Below, piece by piece: positions 52,259-63,651 of a DNA stretch of 64,000 bases. This DNA comes from Parasitella parasitica NRRL 2501 (lineage: Eukaryota; Fungi; Mucoromycota): positions 1 through 64,000 of the forward strand of contig MU619396.1 of the NCBI GenBank assembly GCA_025201805.1, in the 5' to 3' direction. Under the pieces are notes generated by a model. It did not search any database, was not told where the DNA came from, and saw only the letters and a program-made list of their open reading frames with translations. Positions within the stretch are counted from its first letter, which is position 1; the number at the start of each line of letters is the position of its first letter. The position numbers and the translations under genes are program-made.

Positions 52259-53149
52259 ATGGCAAAACAATTTCTAGACTACTCGGTTGCCATGGTTACT
52301 CCTTTTACCGTTGACGGAGATTTTGATGCAAGCGCTGTTCCAGCACTTACAAGATACTACATTGAGCAAGTAAAGGCACCTGGCTTATTAATCAGCGGGA
52401 GTACTGGCGAGCAACATTGCTTAACTATATCAGAGCGCAAAAAACTTTACGATCTAGTCGGCAAGTCTTCACCCGAGAAATATCCATTATATGCAGGCAT
52501 TGCTACGTTCAAGACAAAAGATGCAGTAGAACTTGCTCAGGCAGCAGAAGAGAGCGGCTACTCTGGAATTATGTTGGGCATTCCTCCATATCGTCTTCCT
52601 ACACAAAGGGAACTTACCAGCTACGTTGAAGATGTAGCCAATGCTACTAAACTTCCAATTTTTTTGTACAATAACCCTAGAAGAAACACTGTGCAAGTTG
52701 AACCTACAACTTATGCTCATCTCGTCGAAACTGTCAAGAATAAAAATTTATGTGGTATCAAAGAAACTGGAATTGTTGCCAACGTCAAAAAGATCAAGGA
52801 GCTATTAGGGGACGAGGCGGCCGAGAAACAATCATTTTTCACAGGCAATGATGATATGTATGTGGACCTTTTCACGAACCATGGCTTTACAGGGATTACT
52901 TCCATTGCTGGTGCTTTATTCCCTGAAGACGTGGCAAGCATGAATGCATATCTACAAAATGGCGAGACTAATAAGGCAGAGGAGGTTATGAAGTCGCTTC
53001 TACCAAAGATTCAGTTAATGCAAAAAGCTGGGTTTTTGCAAAGTCTTAAATATATCTTACGCAAACGAGGAGCTCCTGCCGGCTATTGCCCTGCGCCTCT
53101 TTTGGATCCCACCGACGAAAACAAGGAATTATTGGATGCTTTAGTCTAA
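52259..53149 (+). CDS. Dihydrodipicolinate synthase/N-acetylneuraminate lyase family aldolase, intronless
   Basis: AMVTPF, GSTGE, PPY, LYNNP, GIKE (Schiff-base Lys), G-x-D, GITS. Confidence 0.92.
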   Translation: MAKQFLDYSVAMVTPFTVDGDFDASAVPALTRYYIEQVKAPGLLISGSTGEQHCLTISERKKLYDLVGKSSPEKYPLYAGIATFKTKDAVELAQAAEESGYSGIMLGIPPYRLPTQRELTSYVEDVANATKLPIFLYNNPRRNTVQVEPTTYAHLVETVKNKNLCGIKETGIVANVKKIKELLGDEAAEKQSFFTGNDDMYVDLFTNHGFTGITSIAGALFPEDVASMNAYLQNGETNKAEEVMKSLLPKIQLMQKAGFLQSLKYILRKRGAPAGYCPAPLLDPTDENKELLDALV

Positions 53150-53240
53150 TTGAAGTGTATTTGTCGTTTTATTTTCAATAAACAAAGAATTTTACAAGGA
53201 AAAAAGTGGTTGCTCCAATCTATATGTTGTAACATTGCAT

Positions 53241-54153
53241 CTACCAGTTATAGAAAGATTTTGCGTTGTAGATTGGCTTGCTCTCATTCAGTTGCACCCA
53301 GGTCTTTTTGGGCTCCTTCCACCCTCTAATGTTTCTTCTTTCAGTCTTTGCGTCTGAAATAGCAGCAGCTTCCTTGAAGATAAACTTGATATGTGCCTCC
53401 TTGTGATGCATAATACCGAATTGGCCACGACCGTGAGGCTTTACACGTCTGACATATCGACCCTTTCCGACCCATGCTTGTGCTGTCGAGAATGAGTTTA
53501 GCGTTAAGTTATCCCAGATTCTATACACCAGACACAGCAAAACTTACAAACAACCATGCTTTCCATCCCTTTTTGATCGGCAGCATTTTTTCTTGCAAAT
53601 GCCAAGTTGTGTAAAATCTTTTTGGCCGAGCGTTTATCAGAAAATTCCATTTGACGGATGGCTTCCTCAACAGGAAGATTGCGTATTTGACGTGCGAGCA
53701 TGTTCAATTTACGAGGACTTGTCTTGAAGTTTCTGGAAGAGAATCTATACTATAAGGCTGTTAATTTATACGCTTGTCTTTTATGGAAGACCTGTTCCAG
53801 TACTTCTTTTTCTGTCAACTTGTGATCTTGCTGTGCTAATTTTTCTTCAGCTTCAACTTGGACATTATCAAACAAGGAAGAAGCCCCAATTTGAGGTCTT
53901 TCGGGTGTAGGTTGTGTGGCTGATCGAAGAGCTGAAGTAGAGAAACTAGAGAAATGTATGAGGTTTCGAGACTTCAATCGTTGCAAAAATAAACGTAGAT
54001 TTACTTTGATTGCAGGGCTCTGATGCAATTAAAAGTGGTAGTTGTCTTGAAAGGCTGCAATGCCTTGAAGGTTGAGGCTATTTTCAATGTTTTAACTCAA
54101 ATATACGGCTTTTCATGATCTGAAGTTAACCTACTTAAAGACATAACAGACAT
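53241..54153 (-). CDS. MRPL22: Mitochondrial ribosomal protein uL22m, multi-exon
   Basis: NFKTSPRKLNMLARQIR, EAIRQMEFSDKR, AQAWVGKG, KPHGRGQFG. Confidence 0.92.
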
Positions 54154-55674
54154 TATATTGTATCAAAGAAGCCAAAAAAGAAGGTGAGGGGTTGACCATG
54201 AAAGAACAAGGAGGGTGGATCTGGTTTTTTTTTGGAAGCCGCCCACAAATAGCTGTGACCTTTGCTGCTTCCATCAAAACTTATACCCTCCCATTGACTT
54301 AGAAACCTGGTATTAGCGATGCATTTGCTGAACAAACACAGAGCTCTGCAATCATAAAGCTAAAAGCAAACATACCTAACAAAAATTGTTGACGAAAGAA
54401 TTAGATATCCATGATGGCAAAATAAATAATAACAACATTTCCAATACCGTTCACCGATATATGGAGCATCGCTTTACGTAAATTGCATTTTAGACCTAGT
54501 ACTGTATCTTTGTATTCAAAAAGTAGCATTATGCATTATGACGCTTGAAACAGTACAGTGTATAGTCATTTATCACTACAACAATCAAATTCATCAGATA
54601 TTATGTAATAGTCGCTATCACAGGCTTATTCTTGTGTCCGTCATCCTCATGTGATTAGATCATAGCAAATAGATAATGCAATGCAATGGAATAATACCGT
54701 ATGGGAATATGTAATGTTCTGAAGCTTTTCATATACACAAAAGAAGAAATATTATGGTACACAATTAAAATTTTGTATAGACAAAGAGACAGTGTGCATG
54801 AGCAAAACTTATTGATTCCTCGTGGAAGATTAATACAGTATAGGATTCCTGCATTTTCTGCTCATTTGGAAAATGTAAAACATTGTGAACATACCAGGCT
54901 ACTTGAAATTCTCCCATGAATGAACCATCTGCTAAATCTTTGGAGAAGGCATCAGACATGTCATCAGTTTCAGGGTTTTTGTGATTTGTGTCGCTTCTAT
55001 AATGGTTTGTTTTACCAAAAGGGATACGATTTGTAATAGCTCATGCTCAACTTGAGAGCATATTTCTTTCTTTCAACCAAATGAATGTAAATTTCAAGTC
55101 GTATAGTAGTTTGGTAGCACGATTTTTTACGATTTCCAAAAACATCCAAGAATTGACCAACTACATAATGAATAGAACAAACAAAGCATAATCAAAGCGA
55201 TTCTCACTAACCGCATAGCTGTCCAAGCGGTTTATTATGCAGTTCGTAGGATATGAGTATCCTTGTTACCAAAGCTTTGAGTGCATTGTTCCAGCTTTAG
55301 GGTATTGCTTTTCTAGTAAGATTCAGAGTTATCTGCACAAGCGAGTCAGTGATTTAAACAACCATGTAGAGGCGGGCACAATTAAAAGGTGAGGATAGAT
55401 AAACTCTGTTTGAGAACAGTGTAACTAATAGAACGGGATGTTTTATTTGCGAGTTAACTTTATTTTCACAATGGATTTGTTATCTTTGGTTTAATTAACA
55501 ACCTCTGGGCAGCCAAAAAGGGGCAGAATGAAACGTACATTGAACATGAGCTCGCCGAATGTGGGCAACGTGGTGAGTAAGGCTCATACTGAACCTCAGT
55601 GAAATCAAGGAAAGTAAAGCTACAAACAACAGGATATGCATATTTATGGGTATATAATATGTGATATTTATTTA

Positions 55675-55944
55675 CTACTCTTGGTGAGGCTCCTCTTCAA
55701 CTTCGTAGATGGTTTCCAAATGCTCAATGATTGAGTAGGATGAACTTGACGAACGTCTCTTGTTGGAGAAATAAATTTGATGTAGGTTCGGTAGATTATA
55801 ATCATTGTATTCCTCCTCCTCCTCCTCTTCAAATATGTCATCTAATGTGTGCTTTTTGTACGATTGTGAGGACACCTGTTTCAATGGTTGGCGGTGCTCC
55901 ATTATGTTGACATTTGTCGTTAATAATCTTGTACTGTTAGTCAT
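55675..55944 (-). CDS. Small acidic disordered protein (89 aa) with two LxxIxE motifs
   Basis: MTNSTRLL..LDDIFEEEEEEE..KRRSSSSS..LETIYEVEEE; ATG at 55944. Confidence 0.55.
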   Translation of the reverse strand: MTNSTRLLTTNVNIMEHRQPLKQVSSQSYKKHTLDDIFEEEEEEEYNDYNLPNLHQIYFSNKRRSSSSSYSIIEHLETIYEVEEEPHQE

Positions 55945-56069
55945 TGGTATACGTTTGTAATTTTCCAATAGTTAAGAAAAAGAGTAAAAAACATAATGAA
56001 TGAGTCTTTTTTTTATAATCCTCAACAATGGACACAAATTCGGACCGGAAATGACATCAACGGAACATT

Positions 56070-56435
56070 CAAAGATAAAGCTAAGCATAAAGCACCTGTA
56101 CCTATCATGGTACCGCCGGTATATCGCAAAATTTGGAATGTTACAGCTTCCATTTGAGTAAAAAGACCAGCGATTTCGCTTTCTATACGAGTGTCTGTTT
56201 CCTTCATCCTGGTTTCTTGTCCGCTTGTTTCGTCCCTGATTTAGCCCTTCTCTAGATCAAGCTCTAATCTCACATTGGCTTGCGCTCGAACAGTTTCTTC
56301 TCTTGAACATTGCCTTAACTCCTCTGCCTGCACCTGTAATCTCTCATTTCTCTGTTTTGATGGCCGAAAAGTCATAACATTATCTCCGACTTCAAATGAG
56401 CAAAATCAACCTTGTACATGTAGGTTGCTTTTTGA
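56070..56435 (-). pseudogene. DUF1640 (Fmp32/CCDC90/MCUR1-like) pseudogene fragment
   Basis: YMYKVDFAHLKSEI (frameshift) DFSAIKTE (frameshift) ERLQ..AQANVRLELDLEKG*IRDE..KETDTRIESEIAGL..FQILRYTGGT..GALCLA; in-frame TAA at 56241-56243. Confidence 0.8.
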
Positions 56436-57299
56436 TGCATCAGGTGTGTCAGTTTCGTGACGAATCTGGAGTTCGCACTATTGTTAGCTCTTGAAACTAT
56501 ACTAATTTATCTTTTGTTGTGCTTTAGTCGCAATTAGCTTAGTCAATTCAGTCATATTTCTCAAACCACTTTTCTTAGCGATGTTATGATGGATTTACTC
56601 TGCTGTCGAGTAATTCAAGCCTTTCCCAGTCGTTATTTAACAGTCTAAATGTATCAAAATTATGCTGCTAATTATACCCACTGAAATCTATCGAAAGCTG
56701 TCTCCTTTATAGGTCACTTCGTGTTGGTTTCCGAACCTTTAAGCTTACCACTATCCCAGAATTTTCTTGAGAAAAGAAAGCATGTTTATCTTCTTGGGCA
56801 TCCGAATAATAGATAACCCTGTCAACTTTCTATACAGAATGTTGTACTTTTGGGCTTAATGGCAAACCACTCCAAAAATAATTCGGGTTTGATCTAGTGG
56901 ACATAATCGCTTACTTCCCAACAGTTATATTTTTTTAACGCTCAAATAGCCCCAAACACAGCAAGGGAAGCTCTATGGTCTTACACAGCTTTCAGCTATA
57001 TCTCTCTTATAAAAAAAAAGATGGTATGTTTATTTACAGCATTTGAGGCTGATGTACATAAGTAGAAAAAATTCTTGATTTGGCTTCTTCAATTTCAGCC
57101 TATAACTGGGGTTTGGGGTATCATTCAGGGCATTGGAAATGTTTCCGTTTGTGCGACCAGTTTTCTTCCAGTCTAATGGAGCAGATGTCGAATCACACGT
57201 GAAAGTTTCTTGTGCAACTAGAAAGATCCCCATCTATTTTCACATTGCTATTGTTTTTCCCCTTTTTTCTATTCCATGTATACTTTTTCATTTTAGAAA

Positions 57300-58522
57300 A
57301 TGACACAGCAATCGTCTGCAATGTCAATTACACAGCTTTGTCGTATAGATGAAGCTGAAGATTCAAACGCCAATGTAAAATCTGACGAAGCCGATACTGT
57401 TGCAACAAGTAAATTCTGCAAAAAAGCCAAGAATAAATTTCTGTCCTAAAAAAGCACATTAGATAATCAGGAGCATTTTATCCGTCGCTTGCCTCTTGTT
57501 CATACTGCAATAAAAGCCTATGAAAACTCTAGTTCTGTAGTCAAGTATGGCGCTGAAATGATAGAATCTTACACAGGCCCAATTTACGACAAGTTAGGCT
57601 ATGATCGCAAATTAAAGGACGTATGTAAAGAGGTATGAGCAGTGATAGTTGTACAGAATATTAAAAAAGACAATCAAAACGAAAAAAGGTAACATCTGAA
57701 GATGACGAAACTACAGCAGCTACTACTGCACTTGCCCGTACTTCACTTTATGAGCACCATCAGCCATTGATACACCAAAGATCAACGGCCAGCAACAGAA
57801 GATCGTCTCGTTCAACATCTCCACATCAGCCATATACACTCCAACGACCTAGTAACAGCAGTAATAGCAGCAGCAAAAGTCGTTGGCAACAAATTGTTTT
57901 ACATGCAGGTTCTGCTGCAGGTACAACTGCTGCAGTAATAAGTGAAGAAAGTATGAAATGTTTACGCTATTGTCTTAGTTGGCTACAGTACGCAATGCAA
58001 CACATTGATCAGCAAATGAATCTACTGCGTAATTTTTTGGTTTCCTTGGCGACTGGATCGTCAAGTAGCAACACAAAAAAAGATGCAGCTATCGTTGATC
58101 AAAACAACAGCAACACACTAGCCAACATTAAAAAAGAAATTGTTGATACCCTTCGTAAAGTAGTCGAAGTAGTCAGTAAATATGCTGGATCAGGATTACC
58201 GGAACAAGCAAAAGCTAGTGTGCGTACATTCATCCTTCAGCTGCCTAGCCGATGGGCTATTTTGAACAACACCCGACAAACATCTCCTGCAAACTCGCCT
58301 CGACTTGGGCCTATTTCTGCGGATCAAGAGCAAAAGCCATTGCACGAAACATCAATCAAGCTGCTGGATTTCGGTGGTGAATCTATTGAGATGTTGAAAT
58401 CAGTCTCGCTTATATTTTCAGATACAATCAACAGAGCCGAACTTTGGATCAAGCGATTAAAGGTAGTTGGTGTGAATTCAAAGGCTGCTGCTGTTGCTCC
58501 ACCTACTATGGATACAAATTAA
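57300..58522 (+). CDS. OPI1: Opi1-family transcriptional repressor, 3 exons
   Basis: PLVHTAIKAYE..VVKYGAEMIES, SRWQQIV..SEESMKCLRYCLSWL, VVSKYAGSGLPEQAK..ILQLPSRW. Confidence 0.9.
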
Positions 58523-58758
58523 ATTTCTATTTTTTCATTCATTCCGTTAGTCAAACATTTGTATGATTCTCCCCCCCCCCTACTCTCATTCATTCAAATA
58601 CACACATTTTCCTTAATTTATGAATTATGAATAAATCAAATGCTATTAAAGTCTCGCCTGCTTTTCAAACCTGCCCAATCGTTTTGTTGCAGTTAAAATT
58701 TTACTAGTATTTATCTTCTTTTTCAACTCTTCTTTCTTTCTTTCTGTAGAAACATGAA

Positions 58759-58890
58759 ATGAACGACCCCACATTGCTTGAAAATCAACAACACCACCAA
58801 CAACAAGAACAACAGCAAAATCAAAATCATCAATCTCAACCCCAATCTCGGCCTCTACCTCAACCTCAAATTCAACATCTATCTCAAAAT

Positions 58891-58961
<71 letters not shown>

Positions 58962-59937
58962 GCAGCTTGAGTTATTACCGCTAAAACATAAAGCAGGTGG
59001 ACATGTTGCCATGTTTCGCTTGTCAAATGGACCTTTATGTAAAGCCATCAAAACCAATGAGCATTCTTTTTATAAGGATTTATTACGGCATGGCGGATTA
59101 AACTCTTTTTTACCTAGATACATGGGTATCATTCATGTTTCTTATAAAAGTGGATATCCTGAAATTGCTCTTGAAAATGATCGCAAACGGCTATGTCAGT
59201 TTCAGAAGCATATCAAGGTGTCCAAGGGTAATGTCGATAGTACTGCTGCTACCGCTGCTGGAAGTGATGATGGCGAAGCTTTCATGGTAATGGACGACAT
59301 GACACTAGGTCTACAGAAGCCGTGTATATTAGATCTAAAAATGGGTGTCAGACAGCATGGTGTTTACGTGAGTGCCGGAAAAATGGCAAGCCAAAAGTTC
59401 AAATGCGAACAATCAACCAGTGGCAAATTAGGTGTGCGAGTATGTGGTATGCAGGTGAGTTGTTTTGTACTAATGCTCTCCAACTTTATTGACTAACCAA
59501 ATGTTAAGGTATATCAATTGGATAAGCAGGCCTACGATGTTCAGGACAAGTATGTGGGTCGTACACTGACACCAGACTCATTCCGTGATACTGTCTGTCA
59601 CTTTCTTCATAATGGCGTAAAGTTGTTGATCGAGTTTATTCCAGTCTTGATTGAAAATTTGACAAAATTGCACATTGAAATCGAGAAAATGATTGGTTAT
59701 CGATTTTATGGATCTAGCCTATTAATTGTGTATGATGCATTAAATATAAAGAGAAGCATTGCAATGAAATTGATTGACTTCACCCATTGTATTACAACAA
59801 AGGAAATTGAACAAAACCAAGATATAATGACATACCCGCCCGAGAAAGGATCTCTTTGTCCAGATGATGGATTTCTGCAAGGAATTGCTAGTTTAATAGA
59901 GATTTTAAAAGACATATATAGCCAAGAACAAAAGTAA
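58759..59937 (+). CDS. Inositol polyphosphate kinase (Kcs1/IP6K-like) with N-terminal polyQ, 2 exons
   Basis: [46 protein letters not shown]. Confidence 0.92.
58891..58965 (+). repeat. (CAACAG)n repeat encoding about 25 Gln
   Basis: Directly visible. Confidence 0.95.
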
Positions 59938-59949
59938 ATAAAACAGCAT

Positions 59950-61185
59950 TTATTCGTCCCTTAATCGAAGGCCCTTCTTAAGCTCGTCTGTCAATGGTGT
60001 ATCATTGACACAGCGATCACATTGGCAGGTAAACAAATATGATTTGTCTAAATATGTCTGTCTAGTGTCCTTATCCCAGCGAGGATTGACATATGTTTCG
60101 AATAGTTGCTCATCCTTTTTGATATCACGGATAGCCCTTGCTGTGAGTTTGTATTGAGAATTGCGTTGTGGATAGTCGATGTTGATGTTGGGATAGCAAT
60201 CGTGATTGATGTGAGAGTGTACGAGGTACATGCCGCCATTTTGATTGTTGATGTTGAACTTGCCTAGATAATTCAAAAAAGTTTCTTCATCCTCAAACAG
60301 TTTTTGTTGCATAGATTCAGGCAAAGGCGTTGTGATTTTGCATCTCTTGCTGGGCGTTTTGTAAGCCGCTCTCAACAAATCTCTGGCTTTGGTCCATAGT
60401 TCACGGGTAGGTCCTTCCATAAAGATCCATTCTGTCTCCTTGGCCTGACGCTCTTCTTGACTCACTGTGGCAAAGGCATCCAAATGTCCAATTACTTGGT
60501 CCAATTCTCCACGTTGATGAGCCAAAATAAGTTGAGCATAGATACGAGAAACGGCCATAGGTGCCTGCCATTTCTCCATTTCACAAAAATTGATGAAAGG
60601 AACTATGTTTTTGTTCAAATTCGTACATTCTAATTGATGAAAGTCCTTCCAAGCAGTTGCTCTGCACTCTTTGCTGCAATAAAACATGTTGCAATGTCCA
60701 CAGTGTTGGGTCAGGCGGTTGGGATAAGCCAAAGGCTTGCAGCAAAGGCCGCATGCATTTCCATTGCGAGCCATGGATATTCCTTCCCAAGGAGGGAAGT
60801 AGATAAAAGGCGTTTCAGTAAATATAGTTTCGTCCTTTTTGATGTCACGGGCAGCAAACAGGCCTTTACCAGTAACCTGATTTACCATGCGAGCTTCAAC
60901 AGCATCCGAAACTGCCTTAAAATCAAGCTTAGGGTCAATGAACGAGACAGGCACTGATGGATCATCAGCAAGGCCTGATTTGACGGGTTCCTTGACAGCA
61001 GCTCCATTTGTTAATCCACAATGTTGCATATACTTCTTGACACGTTTTTCGCTCACTTGCCAATTGGGCTGCTTTGCCACGACCTGTGTGGCAACTGTCT
61101 TGATTCCCGCTTCTGGTAACTCTAGTTTGATGTTGCGGATACAAGAGACAAGCTCTTCTTCCGTAGGAATTACCTTTTCTGACAT
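59950..61185 (-). CDS. SET5: SET-MYND lysine methyltransferase (Set5-like), intronless
   Basis: N-terminal PNWQVSEKRVKK, GKGLFAARDI, MYND YCSKEC..H..EC, INHDCYPN, post-SET FTCQCDRC. Confidence 0.85.
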   Translation of the reverse strand: MSEKVIPTEEELVSCIRNIKLELPEAGIKTVATQVVAKQPNWQVSEKRVKKYMQHCGLTNGAAVKEPVKSGLADDPSVPVSFIDPKLDFKAVSDAVEARMVNQVTGKGLFAARDIKKDETIFTETPFIYFPPWEGISMARNGNACGLCCKPLAYPNRLTQHCGHCNMFYCSKECRATAWKDFHQLECTNLNKNIVPFINFCEMEKWQAPMAVSRIYAQLILAHQRGELDQVIGHLDAFATVSQEERQAKETEWIFMEGPTRELWTKARDLLRAAYKTPSKRCKITTPLPESMQQKLFEDEETFLNYLGKFNINNQNGGMYLVHSHINHDCYPNINIDYPQRNSQYKLTARAIRDIKKDEQLFETYVNPRWDKDTRQTYLDKSYLFTCQCDRCVNDTPLTDELKKGLRLRDE

Positions 61186-61368
61186 GATTCAAGGCAACAA
61201 TGTAGCGAGTCTTTCTATTTTCGAAATTTTTTATATACCAACCATTCGGCTTTCACAAGCCACCTTCATGTCAATGATAATGAGGAACTGAGCACTAAAA
61301 AAGTTCAACACCCCTCCCCCCTCGTAGGTTTTTTCCTTCTTCCATTTTTCTACATAAACTTATTTAAA

Positions 61369-61635
61369 ATGAACGATTCTACCAAAGACACTCTCTACAA
61401 GGTAAACAGTGTCATATCAATACTTTCATTTACTAACCTTGTTGTGAGGATAGGTTGCTGATGTTACAAAGACAATCATTCATTGGGGTTTCATTCCTTT
61501 TGTCATTTACTTGGGTATGACTCGTAGCAACCCTAGACCTTCTGTTCTCAAGTAAGTTTTGTATATATATAGCAGGGTGGGAAGTGTTGTATCTAATCAT
61601 GTCTCGTTTACAGGCTCATTAGTCCTCTCGCCTAA
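61369..61635 (+). CDS. TOM7: Mitochondrial import receptor subunit Tom7, 3 exons (not in ORF track)
   Basis: MNDSTKDTLYK|VADVTKTIIHWGFIPFVIYLGMTRSNPRPSVLK|LISPLA*. Confidence 0.95.
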
Positions 61636-62015
61636 CCTCAATTTCAATCAATGTACAAACTCGAGAAAGAAAAACCTTTCGCCTAATAAATCTATATATG
61701 TATATTTGTATGTTATTGTCGGTCCGTATAGGTAGATGCAATGTAACAACGTATATATGTTTACAATGGTATGAACTTCGGGGGATTGTTATGGAATTCT
61801 GTTGTTTTTACTCGAATAGATAATTTATTTGTACAAATAATAAGTTTGTGTCAAACAAAGTTAATATATATAAAAAAGATGGACTAAGACCATAAAGAGA
61901 GAATATAGAACAATGGTAAAGAGTTTGCATATATAAAAAAAAATGGGGAGAGCATATGGCGTTTGGAAAAGTGTTTTTTGTAAGATTTTTTGTTCTGGAT
62001 ACTATTTGTTTAAAA

Positions 62016-62304
62016 TCATATATAAGAGCTATGCGATTGTGAATAAGCACCTAATGGCCAATCCGCCGATAAAAAGAAATCATCGTCTTTCAAAAACTCA
62101 ATATTGGGGACAGCCGTTGCTCCCAGTTGATTTGATTGTGCTGTATTAACATCCTCCAGGATAGGCTGATGGAGTTGCGTATCAAAATCATCAACAATGA
62201 AAAATGAGGGCATCTGTTGCTGGTGATGATGAGGGTGTAATAGCTTCTTTTGTTGTGGTTGTGATGGCAGGGGCAGTGGTTGCTTTTGTTGCTGCTGCTG
62301 TTGC

Positions 62305-62336
<32 letters not shown>

Positions 62337-63651
62337 TTGCTGCTGCTGCAGCTGTTCTTTTCGAGCATCGACTTCTTCAACTTCTTCTTCATCAGAAGAA
62401 ATGTAGCTTTGAGACGAGGTGTCATCAGCTGTGTCTTTACGTTTTTGCTCGGTCCGTTGTTGACGGTCTTCTTTATACTTGATTTGCATCCAACGGGTGC
62501 GACATTGTCTTTGAGTTCTCCCTGGAATCGTCTCCGCTATTCTTATCCAACAACGACCGAAATCGCTCACGCCCATACGCAGCAAAGCATCTTCTTCCAT
62601 CCCCCATTTGCCTTTTCGTACATATGGATCGAGTGCTTCTGTCCATCTTGCTTGGCATTGAATACCTGTACGGTTAGGAATTCGCTCTGCAATTTTATTC
62701 CAGGGTATTGGCTGAACTCTTCCTTCATTATCGGTAACGCCAGCGTATTCCAGTACAGAATAGCGTAAAATAGTGTCTTCGTTTTCAGTCCAACGACCTT
62801 TGTGGATATTAGGGCTATTGATGGTTTAATTGACGTGTTAATAAATACCTATTAAGAAAAAGGAGCACGTAACATATACTTACTTGAGAGCACCCAACCA
62901 TCGGGTTGAACATTGCATTGGTGTTCTGTTTGGTACATGAGAAGCAATCAATGACCACTTATGCGGTCCGTGCATTTGAACAGCCTGACGAAGCAGCTCG
63001 TCTTCTTCCAGCGTCCAGCGTGAATAGGTAGATGGCCGTTTGTTTCTTTTGACCGAATGACTTCGAGTTGTCGTAACGATAGGCGACATGTAAGGAGCCC
63101 ATCGGGGAGCTTCATAACCTCCGAGTGAGTAGCGTCTTTTGCTACCAACAGGCGACATCTTGGACAATATGTCATTTATTAAAATCTGTCACTGTAATCA
63201 TTGATATAAACTTTAAAAGCCTACCATATAGGGAGACGGACATGCAGATAATCCACCATAATGAGTATCATAATCAGATAATGTAGGTGTCTATTATAAA
63301 AATACGTTCAGTTTTCGGATCGCAAAGGAATAAAATCGGAAAATTTCATACAAGTGCCTGAATCACACCTTCTACTTTGAGCACGGGTTGTGTTTGTACG
63401 AGGCCTGCCATGATATGATGATGTTCCTGAGATGACGATGTGGTAGAATACGTCTATTTACAAACAAAAAGCGTTAATCAAATTGTACATACTTTTCTTG
63501 AACTGGTGCCTTTTGTACCTGCTGTATGTTTAAATCATGCAAGTCCTATATAAAAATCATCAATTAACCTGTCAAATTTCCAAATACTCGAGAAAAGCAT
63601 GCTTACTTCAGTATTTTGATCCCAAGTGTTATGATTATCGAACGAATTCAT
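62016..63651 (-). CDS. Three-repeat Myb (R1R2R3) transcription factor with polyQ; 5' exons tentative
   Basis: WTLEEDELL..WSLIASHVPNRTPMQCSTRW; KGRWTENED..RTGIQCQARW; KGKWGMEED..RTQRQCRTRW. Confidence 0.88.
62280..62352 (-). repeat. CAG/CAA repeat encoding polyQ in the Myb protein
   Basis: Directly visible. Confidence 0.95.

Noticed and set aside
56690-57180. Possible plus-strand gene remnant
   Set aside because: Splice-like sites are present but there is no consistent reading frame or homology
58646-59026. Antisense and alternate-frame ORFs with poly-VA, poly-NS or poly-L (also 62204-62768)
   Set aside because: Shadows of polyQ repeats
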